Origin: an uncultured archaeon
Lineage (GTDB): Archaea; Asgardarchaeota; Thorarchaeia; Thorarchaeales; Thorarchaeaceae
DNA: 7,818 nucleotides
Direction of reading: 5' to 3'
NCBI GenBank assembly: GCA_964648855.1
Contig: CAZYLT010000046.1
Span: forward strand, 1-7,818
Shown one piece after another: positions 1 through 6,221 of this stretch. The notes beneath the pieces were generated by a model. That model saw only the letters and a list, made by a program, of their open reading frames with translations, ran no database searches and was not told the DNA's origin. The position numbers were made by a program, and so were the translations under genes. The stretch's first letter is position 1; each line of letters starts with the position of its first letter.

Positions 1-2
1 TC

Positions 3-32
3 GTGTCACTTATATTGGCACTCTGTGTCACT
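3..32. promoter_or_regulatory. Candidate NikR/RHH operator: GTGTCACT direct repeat at 22-bp period upstream of nikR
   Basis: GTGTCACT at 3-10 and 25-32, with a degenerate copy TTGGCACT at 15-22. The core GTGTCAC is pseudo-palindromic. The 22-bp period equals that of the E. coli NikR operator GTATGA-N16-TCATAC. Confidence 0.45.
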
Positions 33-59
33 AAATCAGTATAAGAGTGAGTGATAATC

Positions 60-479
60 ATGAAAAGATTTGGAGTTTCCATTCCAGAAGACTTGTTACA
101 GAGATTCGATGAGCTTGTTACGAAAAGGAACTATTCTGGGCGATCAGAGGCGATCCGGGATGCTATTAGGTTGCTTTTGACGCAGGCTAGCTGGCAGGAA
201 AACCAAGAGGGAAATTACGCAGCCCTCAATATCGTGTATCAGCATACACCCAAACTGATGGAGAAGCTGATAAAGAAACAACATAATGCAAAGGCGCATG
301 TTCTGTCGACTGTTCATGTCCACCTAACGCACTCCCATTGTTTTGAACTTCTTACCATTGAGGGCTCAAATGAAGATATCACCAAACTGGCAGATGAGGT
401 TGCAGGTATTCCGGGAATAGAGTATTCTCAGCTATTCACATTTGCATTACAACAAGCTGATACAAATCATTCTCATTAG
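60..479 (+). CDS. nikR: Nickel-responsive transcriptional regulator NikR (RHH + ACT-like Ni-binding domain)
   Basis: N-terminal ribbon-helix-helix (KRFGVSIPEDLL...RSEAIRDAIR). The C-terminal domain QH...STVHVHLTHSHCFE keeps the His, HxH and Cys ligands equivalent to E. coli H76/H87/H89/C95. ATG at 60 follows GAGTGA and is preferred over GTG at 51. Confidence 0.93.
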   Translation: MKRFGVSIPEDLLQRFDELVTKRNYSGRSEAIRDAIRLLLTQASWQENQEGNYAALNIVYQHTPKLMEKLIKKQHNAKAHVLSTVHVHLTHSHCFELLTIEGSNEDITKLADEVAGIPGIEYSQLFTFALQQADTNHSH

Positions 480-503
480 ATACTAAGGATAAGATTCGAT
501 TTC

Positions 504-1340
504 TTACCCCTGTGGCGCTTCCACAACCTCAATATCCTGAGGTCCTATTGCGCCGAAGCCAAGTTTGGCTGCATGTGACAGCTGGGGTAGCTCCCAAGTC
601 GGGCGGTCCAATTTGTTGTCTTCATTGTAGGTCTTCAATATGTCCACACCCACGGCATCGATGGCCACTGAATCAGTTCCAGCAAGTATCACATTTGGAT
701 TTTCGATTTTGCCTTTGACAGGTCCACCTGTAACGAAGGCCTTCCTTCCGTCCATCAGAATGAGGCGTGGTTTGAAGTAAGATGCCAGATCTGCAATCTT
801 CTCCTCAAGGTGTCTTAGATGCATCCGAAGCCGGTCTCTGCCGCGCACATATCCCATATACAGCTTCATTGCTCCCGTGAATCTCGCAAATTCATGTGTC
901 TTTAAACATGGAACAGTAATCAGCGGATCAGAAGTTAGGACAGCTTGTCCGAGTTGTGCATTTCTCAAATATCTCCCCTGAGGAATTTCGGTATTAATCC
1001 ACCTGCCACCATCCAGAAACTCGATCTTCGCATCAATATCATCGATGACTTTCAACAGTCCGTTCTTTTCAGCTTCTTTAGTTGTATCACGCATGAACAT
1101 AGATGATTCTACTATTCGAATTTCATCCACGCCATAATCAAGCAGCAGTTTACCTAGTGCCCGGATAAAGAGCGGATCACTAGAGGCTGGAAGAGGGTCA
1201 CCAGAGTTGAGATTCGGCTTGATAACCACCTTCGAGTTCTTTCCCAGCAACCGTTCAAAGCCGCCCAAAATATCAACTGCAGTTCTGATATCATTCTCCA
1301 AAGAATGCGTGGATTTTACTTTCGCAACTACTTGGCTCAT
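504..1340 (-). CDS. DUF362 domain-containing protein (stand-alone, no ferredoxin domain)
   Basis: Motifs VVIKPN, VPCLKTH, FTGAMK, RMH, LMDG...GGP..G and GTDSVAID are typical of DUF362. GAGGT SD lies upstream of the ATG. Confidence 0.88.
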   Translation of the reverse strand: MSQVVAKVKSTHSLENDIRTAVDILGGFERLLGKNSKVVIKPNLNSGDPLPASSDPLFIRALGKLLLDYGVDEIRIVESSMFMRDTTKEAEKNGLLKVIDDIDAKIEFLDGGRWINTEIPQGRYLRNAQLGQAVLTSDPLITVPCLKTHEFARFTGAMKLYMGYVRGRDRLRMHLRHLEEKIADLASYFKPRLILMDGRKAFVTGGPVKGKIENPNVILAGTDSVAIDAVGVDILKTYNEDNKLDRPTWELPQLSHAAKLGFGAIGPQDIEVVEAPQG

Positions 1341-1394
1341 GGTGATACAACCTCAAATAGAGTGAGGTGTCAGATAAGCATTTGATTCTGGCAA

Positions 1395-2117
1395 TTAACC
1401 TTTTTCTCCTTCAGAACGTTCGTTTCTAAACAGAAAGAAGCCAAATGGGAGGGCAATAATCGACGCCAGTACAACGACGATTACTGGAGTGTAGTCAACA
1501 CAGGACTGACATGGAATATCCAATGATTCAACTCTCAGAAGAGAACCCTCCGTCCCGAGATACAAGGACCATCTTTCACTCTCTGCCACAAGATAGAAAC
1601 TAACCTTCCAAACCACTTCCACCTCAAGTTCTGCGGTACTGCCGGGTATGAGTACTATCTTTTCACAAAGCCCCCAATATCTGCTGCTGTTGATGAAGAA
1701 CTCAGTCGCCTCCAATATCGCTATTGAGAAATTCGCCTGCAACTCTAGGGGTACATATTCAATCCATAGAAGCGAGCCATTGTCTGGCGATAGGGCAACA
1801 ATTTGTTGATTGAAACCAGAAGTATTCACTTGAGAAATTGCATAGCTTCTCACAGACTGGTTCTCACTGAGGTCATATCCAGTCTGGCCTAGAGATGTCC
1901 AAAACATCGTGGAGTTGGAGTCTAGTATTCGCTTTAATTCGGGGTTAGTAGAGAATATGGGCTCAAGCGACTGAAGTCTGTCAAAATCATCGGGCACAAG
2001 CTGAACCTCTCTATACTCGATAGTGATAGAGGACTTTTCTTGGGCTGCAACATAGAAGGGAAAGACTAGGAGAATCAATGAAGCAAAGAAAGCCGTTTTT
2101 CTACGAGTCGCCTTCAA
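1395..2117 (-). CDS. Membrane-anchored extracellular glycoprotein with PepSY-like repeats and a juxtamembrane CxxC
   Basis: TTG start, basic plus hydrophobic signal peptide ending VAA|Q, six N-x-S/T sequons, PCQSC motif, C-terminal TM helix (PVIVVVLASIIALPFGFFLF) and a short charged tail. Confidence 0.75.
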   Translation of the reverse strand: MKATRRKTAFFASLILLVFPFYVAAQEKSSITIEYREVQLVPDDFDRLQSLEPIFSTNPELKRILDSNSTMFWTSLGQTGYDLSENQSVRSYAISQVNTSGFNQQIVALSPDNGSLLWIEYVPLELQANFSIAILEATEFFINSSRYWGLCEKIVLIPGSTAELEVEVVWKVSFYLVAESERWSLYLGTEGSLLRVESLDIPCQSCVDYTPVIVVVLASIIALPFGFFLFRNERSEGEKG

Positions 2118-2134
2118 GTACGCTCACACAGCAT

Positions 2135-2168
2135 CTAAAATATCCAGGGCGTATAAAGGATACTCTAG
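2135..2168 (-). other. Intergenic RNA hairpin (11-bp stem, 12-nt loop) / inverted repeat enclosing a TTTATA box
   Basis: On the minus strand CTAGAGTATCC-TTTATACGCCCT-GGATATTTTAG pairs fully using two G-U pairs. Confidence 0.4.
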
Positions 2169-2176
2169 TAGCAGAT

Positions 2177-2470
2177 TCAGGGTTCAACAGCAATTTCGAA
2201 TGTCACTGTGCCTCCAGGTGTAAGCGGCGGGCCTGGATCAAGACATTGAACGTAGTACGGCTCATCCTCGTGAGACAATCCCACGTCACTTCCAGAGATA
2301 CCCGTTTTTGCTGCAATCAGGTAAGGCGTAAATGACATTGCGGCCCATACGCAATAGGCATCCGACTCTTCCTTTACCAGTGAAGCACCATCAATTACAA
2401 TCTTATCGCCTTTTTCGAAAACAGGGCAGGTCCCTTTGATATTGCGCACTCGAATCACTATCTGTGTCAT
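2177..2470 (-). CDS. TIGR04076 family small Cys-containing protein
   Basis: Family pattern I.V..IKG.CP....GD.I.I...C..A...PY...VQC.DPG......V.FEI. The likely start is ATG at 2470 (97 aa); the 29-codon extension to 2557 looks non-coding. Confidence 0.82.
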   Translation of the reverse strand: MTQIVIRVRNIKGTCPVFEKGDKIVIDGASLVKEESDAYCVWAAMSFTPYLIAAKTGISGSDVGLSHEDEPYYVQCLDPGPPLTPGGTVTFEIAVEP

Positions 2471-2578
2471 AGTAATGCAATGAATCGTTTTCGGGAACGG
2501 AGTAATAACATCATCGCCTATGCGGAATCGAAAAGAATAGGAACCGTCATACAGCACAGAAAGTTAGAAGGGTGTAAG

Positions 2579-3112
2579 TTGCCAAAAACCAAGGAGATTC
2601 TACTGGTCGGTTTTGGTGATTTGGATCAAGAAGTACTATATCAGTTATCTCAGGATATTAGACAGAATCTTCCTTTTGAAACAGGAAAAATAGGTGTTCA
2701 ACAGGACAATCTTGAGATTTCAAGTTCTGCTTTTGATCCATCAAGACAGCAGTATAACGCGAATGCCCTACTAAGCATACTCCATAGTCAATCATTCAAG
2801 AAGAAACATGCCCTTGGGATTGCAGCCAAAGACCTCTTCGTGCCAAGGCTAAATTTCGTCTTTGGAGTCGCTCAGAGAGGAGGAAATGCCGTAGTGAGCA
2901 CTGTTCGGTTAAAGCCCGAGTTTTACGGAAAATCACCTGATGGAGAGTTGTTTCACGAACGATTGTTGAAGGAGGCAATCCATGAGTTGGGACATATTTT
3001 TGGGCTTAGCCATTGCGACGATTTCTGCGTAATGAGGTTCTCAAATAGCTTGCCAGAGACTGATACGAAGCCCTCAACATTCTGTCAAAACTGTCGGTCA
3101 AAGCTTCCCTGA
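2579..3112 (+). CDS. amzA: Archaemetzincin family Zn-dependent metalloprotease (peptidase M54)
   Basis: HELGHIFGLSHC...CVMRFSNS (HExxHxxGxxH, Cys pair and Met-turn), C-terminal FCQNC, plus R.QYNA, DLFVPRLNFVFG and VST.RL. The likely start is TTG at 2579 after GAAGGGTG; the ORF is open from 2480. Confidence 0.93.
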   Translation: MPKTKEILLVGFGDLDQEVLYQLSQDIRQNLPFETGKIGVQQDNLEISSSAFDPSRQQYNANALLSILHSQSFKKKHALGIAAKDLFVPRLNFVFGVAQRGGNAVVSTVRLKPEFYGKSPDGELFHERLLKEAIHELGHIFGLSHCDDFCVMRFSNSLPETDTKPSTFCQNCRSKLP

Positions 3113-3160
3113 CTGATGTGTTGTGGATTCTCAAAATCAATTCTTGGATGACAGTCACCC

Positions 3161-3694
3161 TTATGGTTCATCTGCAGAAAAAATCTTATTCTTCCAATCC
3201 AGAGCAGTCTCTAGGATTTCTTGGATGAATTCGGCCTTTGCCTCGGTGTACGCCGGTCGATTATTACCATATTTGGCTGCAAGCTGGACCTTCAGTTCTT
3301 CGTATTCCTCGGCACTTCCCGGATGAGCGATAAGATAGTCCCTGAAATCAATATACTTCCGTACTGAGTTGTTGGTCACATCATAGAAGTGGAGATGAAA
3401 TCCCACTGGATGGGTGTGTTTTCGAAAGAATCTTCGACCTTTGATGCCAGCTTCTCCCCTAGGCGTATATCCCATAGCTTCAAGTTCATCATTGAATTTC
3501 TCTATTCTTTCAATGTCCCTAACTAGGGCCAAAATGTCCACAATTGGCTTTGCTTTGATACCCGGTATTGATGTGCTCCCAACATGATAGGGGGCTATCA
3601 AGAGTGGGCCCAAAAGCTCTCTGACCTTTGACTTCTCCCGCTGATATTCTTGCGCCCAAGCCGGATTATGACGAACTAGAACTACAGGTTCCAT
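3161..3694 (-). CDS. GrpB/UPF0157 family protein (nucleotidyltransferase-like fold)
   Basis: N-terminal V.HNP.W...Y..E, then HVGSTSIPGIKAKPIVDI, HLH, FRDYL..HP, Y..LK..LA and YT..K..FI. The likely start is ATG at 3694 after GGTG; the ORF is open from 3784. Confidence 0.92.
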   Translation of the reverse strand: MEPVVLVRHNPAWAQEYQREKSKVRELLGPLLIAPYHVGSTSIPGIKAKPIVDILALVRDIERIEKFNDELEAMGYTPRGEAGIKGRRFFRKHTHPVGFHLHFYDVTNNSVRKYIDFRDYLIAHPGSAEEYEELKVQLAAKYGNNRPAYTEAKAEFIQEILETALDWKNKIFSADEP

Positions 3695-3809
3695 TGCCTG
3701 ATACACCGATACATCAGCAAACACATGTTGCCTTTTGAATTTCGTGAGCTGAGCAATAAACTCTACATCAACGCGCTTCCCCACAACATCATCTATCTAG
3801 GGGCTTCGT

Positions 3810-4379
3810 CTAATCCTCGGTTTTCTCCCTATTTTTATAGATTCGATTGTAAACAACTCCAATTAGCAAAAGAAAAACGAGTCCAAATGAGAAATACAGA
3901 AGTACCCATTTGACAGAGGTGAAAAAGCTAGCCACTGAGATAATGCTAGCAGAGAGATTTGGATACGCAAATGCCTGTTGTGCGATGAGGATGTTTTCGA
4001 AATAATCGAATACACCGGCAAAAACAGGCATGATACCCATTGATTTCGCTGATTGTTCCTCTATGTTAGATGCATTTACCTCCAGTATGATGCCAAAGGT
4101 TAGAGCCAACGAATACGCAGCTGGAAAGATGTAGTCAAGAAGATGAACTGTCAACCAGACTTCTAGACCCTCTGAACCAAGTATCCCAAATACCTCTGAA
4201 ACAATATCGATATCATAGTTGAACATCAAGTCAGGCATGTCTGCCTCACCATAGATACTGTAGACCAATGACTGCGTTCCGATGCTCATGATTGAGATGA
4301 CGATGATGCTAACAGTTATGGCGATTACAAGATTTCGAGCTGTTGACAGTTTGTCAAGTCGGTTTATCAGCCAGTTCAT
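3810..4379 (-). CDS. Hypothetical integral membrane protein (about 4 TM helices)
   Basis: Four hydrophobic segments, with polar motifs PDL.FNY, LGSEG, LDYIFP..Y, FDYFEN and FTSVKW. The likely start is ATG at 4379 after GAAGTGA; the ORF is open from 4412. Confidence 0.78.
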   Translation of the reverse strand: MNWLINRLDKLSTARNLVIAITVSIIVISIMSIGTQSLVYSIYGEADMPDLMFNYDIDIVSEVFGILGSEGLEVWLTVHLLDYIFPAAYSLALTFGIILEVNASNIEEQSAKSMGIMPVFAGVFDYFENILIAQQAFAYPNLSASIISVASFFTSVKWVLLYFSFGLVFLLLIGVVYNRIYKNREKTED

Positions 4380-4536
4380 CGCTTTCACTTCTTTGTCTGA
4401 GCATGTCATCATATAAGATGTTTATCGATTCTATCAATACCAATTCTCTAAGGTTCAATGGAGAAACTATTATGCAGAATATTCCATTCTTTAACAGATA
4501 GCAAAGTGATATAATCTGCCATATGGTGGGAAAACA

Positions 4537-4899
4537 ATGATCAAAGGAATCGATGTTGTATTTTTCTATTCTAGAAATTTGGAAGAGCTGATAAGATGGT
4601 ATCAGGAAATGTTCGGTGTCAGCTTCAAAACGGATTCGGTTGATTCGGACTGGGCAGAATTCGCACTTCCAGAGAATCCTCCATCTACAAAACTAGCCAT
4701 TCATGCTTGGCATAAGGGGGTTGACCAGAAGTTTATGATTTCGTTCCAAGTGGATGACATTCATAGTACGGTGGAGAATCTCGAACAGAAAGGGGCAGAA
4801 ATAGTGGGAAGTCCAGTCATCACCGAGATTGAAGATTCATTCTTTGCAACCATCAGAGACCCTGAAGGAAATCTGATTCAAATCTCGGAGAGGAAATAA
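4537..4899 (+). CDS. VOC (glyoxalase/bleomycin-resistance) family protein
   Basis: Paired beta-alpha-beta-beta-beta pattern: WY.EMFG, ISFQVDDI....L..KG and F..IRDPEGNLIQI. GGTGG SD lies upstream. Confidence 0.9.
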   Translation: MIKGIDVVFFYSRNLEELIRWYQEMFGVSFKTDSVDSDWAEFALPENPPSTKLAIHAWHKGVDQKFMISFQVDDIHSTVENLEQKGAEIVGSPVITEIEDSFFATIRDPEGNLIQISERK

Positions 4900-4921
4900 T
4901 CTTTGCATGTTAGGTCTATTT

Positions 4922-6070
4922 CTAGTTCAATTTCAGATTCTCAATCATTTCATCAATGAGAGATAATCCTCTGGTGAGCTCCTCCTCACTGTGTCCGAAG
5001 CCAATACGTAGGTGCTTCTCCATGCCGAAATGCTCACCTGGCGCGATTAAAACGCTTTTCTCTCTTCTGAGACGCTCAACAAACTCAAGTGAGCTCAGCG
5101 GGAGATTATGTTTTGGAAAACAAATGCTTGCCGCCATGGGAGCAACATATTCGAAAATCTCATCATGAGTATCCAACCAATTCTGCATGGTAGCCCAGTT
5201 CTGCCTGACAATCTTTGTTGCCCTATTGATGAGTTCGGATCTCTTTCCCGGCTGCAGGGCTATTGTTGCCAGCTTATCGCTGATTATAGATGGGCAAATA
5301 GTTGTGTAGTCCGAATAGGTCCACAGGGATTCAATATGTTCCTCGTCATGTGCAACTATCCATCCAAGCCTTAAACCAGGCAGTCCGTAAGCTTTCGAGA
5401 GACTGTTCGTCACAATCACTTTTTTGTATTGTTTGAACATCGATGGAGTTTCAACGCCATTCAGCTCAGTCCCTTGATATACTTCATCTGATAGTATCCA
5501 AGTATCACAATCCGCAGCTATCTCAGTTATTGCTTTGAGATGTATGGGCTTGATAACTGCCCCAGTTGGATTGTTTGGGTTGCAGACGGTTATGACTAGT
5601 GTTTCTTTGGACACCTGCTCCTTCAGAGATTCTACATCAGGAACCCACTCACCATGGCGCATCTCTAGATAGTACGGAGTGACAATTCCACCCAAAGCGG
5701 GTGACATTCCGCTAATCTGGTTATAATTTGGCTGCATCATGACCACCTGCCTTCGGTTATCAGATTCATACAAGAGGTTCCAAATCGTCAAGAAGTTGGC
5801 TTCAGCTCCCCCATTTGTCACTAGGACATTATCAGCTGATGCGCCAGCGTACATACCCGCAATGGCTTCCCGAAGAGGAATCGTGCCATTTGTCTGAGAG
5901 TAACCTATTGGAGTGTTTAGTATTCTATTTCGTTCAGTCTCATCAGGTACTAGCTCCTTGACTGACAGAGGTAGGACTCCACTCTCTGTGAGGTTGATAT
6001 CAACAATGTGTTCCCACTTGGACTGAATTCTTTCTAAGAAGAAAGGCTTCAACTTCATTCTGCTCGCCAT
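4922..6070 (-). CDS. Class I/II PLP-dependent aminotransferase (aspartate aminotransferase-like)
   Basis: Motifs LREAIA, VTNGGAEA, CNPNNPTG, SDEVY, SLSKAYGLPGLRLGW (PLP lysine) and LRIGFG. The start could be ATG at 6076, 6070 or 6058; 6070 follows GAGGATGG. Confidence 0.93.
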   Translation of the reverse strand: MASRMKLKPFFLERIQSKWEHIVDINLTESGVLPLSVKELVPDETERNRILNTPIGYSQTNGTIPLREAIAGMYAGASADNVLVTNGGAEANFLTIWNLLYESDNRRQVVMMQPNYNQISGMSPALGGIVTPYYLEMRHGEWVPDVESLKEQVSKETLVITVCNPNNPTGAVIKPIHLKAITEIAADCDTWILSDEVYQGTELNGVETPSMFKQYKKVIVTNSLSKAYGLPGLRLGWIVAHDEEHIESLWTYSDYTTICPSIISDKLATIALQPGKRSELINRATKIVRQNWATMQNWLDTHDEIFEYVAPMAASICFPKHNLPLSSLEFVERLRREKSVLIAPGEHFGMEKHLRIGFGHSEEELTRGLSLIDEMIENLKLN

Positions 6071-6181
6071 TACCATCCTCTGAGAAACATTTCGGGCTTA
6101 AGAATCAAACCTAATTTGGAATTCGCCTTACCAGCCTGAAACTGCAGACAAGGTCGGTCATGTAATAGATTAAATATAGTT

Positions 6182-6221
6182 AATGTATACCATAATTCAT
6201 AGTTTTCAGATAGTATACATT
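6182..6221. promoter_or_regulatory. 9-bp inverted repeat AATGTATAC-N22-GTATACATT next to a TTAAATA box in the divergent aminotransferase/methyltransferase region
   Basis: Perfect arms at 6182-6190 and 6213-6221; TTAAATA at 6170-6176. Confidence 0.35.

Noticed and set aside
512-718. 68-aa plus-strand ORF with a CCLHC motif
   Set aside because: Antisense shadow inside the well-supported DUF362 gene; no RBS and no family features.
2088-2117. TRRK as a Tat signal
   Set aside because: TRRKTAF lacks the RRxFL hydrophobic positions; more likely an ordinary Sec n-region.
2078-2335. 85-aa Cys-rich plus-strand ORF
   Set aside because: Overlaps two real minus-strand genes; shadow ORF.
2471-2578. Apparent head-to-head overlap of the TIGR04076 and archaemetzincin ORFs
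   Set aside because: It disappears with the better starts at 2470 and 2579; the extensions have no family similarity.
3110-3157. UGA read-through/SECIS after archaemetzincin (TGACTG...CAGTCA inverted repeat)
   Set aside because: The protein is complete at its usual C-terminus after CxxC. There is no clear SECIS core and no in-frame UGA at a conserved Cys position in any gene here.
2796-3913. Small ORFs 2796-2978, 3123-3326 and 3725-3913
   Set aside because: They lie largely antisense to confident genes and have no coding hallmarks.
4444-4518. Short inverted repeats (TTCTC/GAGAA, AGAAT/ATTCT, CAGAT/ATCTG) in the divergent intergenic region
   Set aside because: 5-bp arms in AT-rich DNA are expected by chance.
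4956-5374. Plus-strand ORFs 4956-5168 and 5108-5374
   Set aside because: Antisense shadows within the aminotransferase.
4922-6070. Specific call as capreomycidine synthase (VioD-like) or aspC
   Set aside because: Substrate cannot be assigned from motifs, and there is no NRPS or pathway context.
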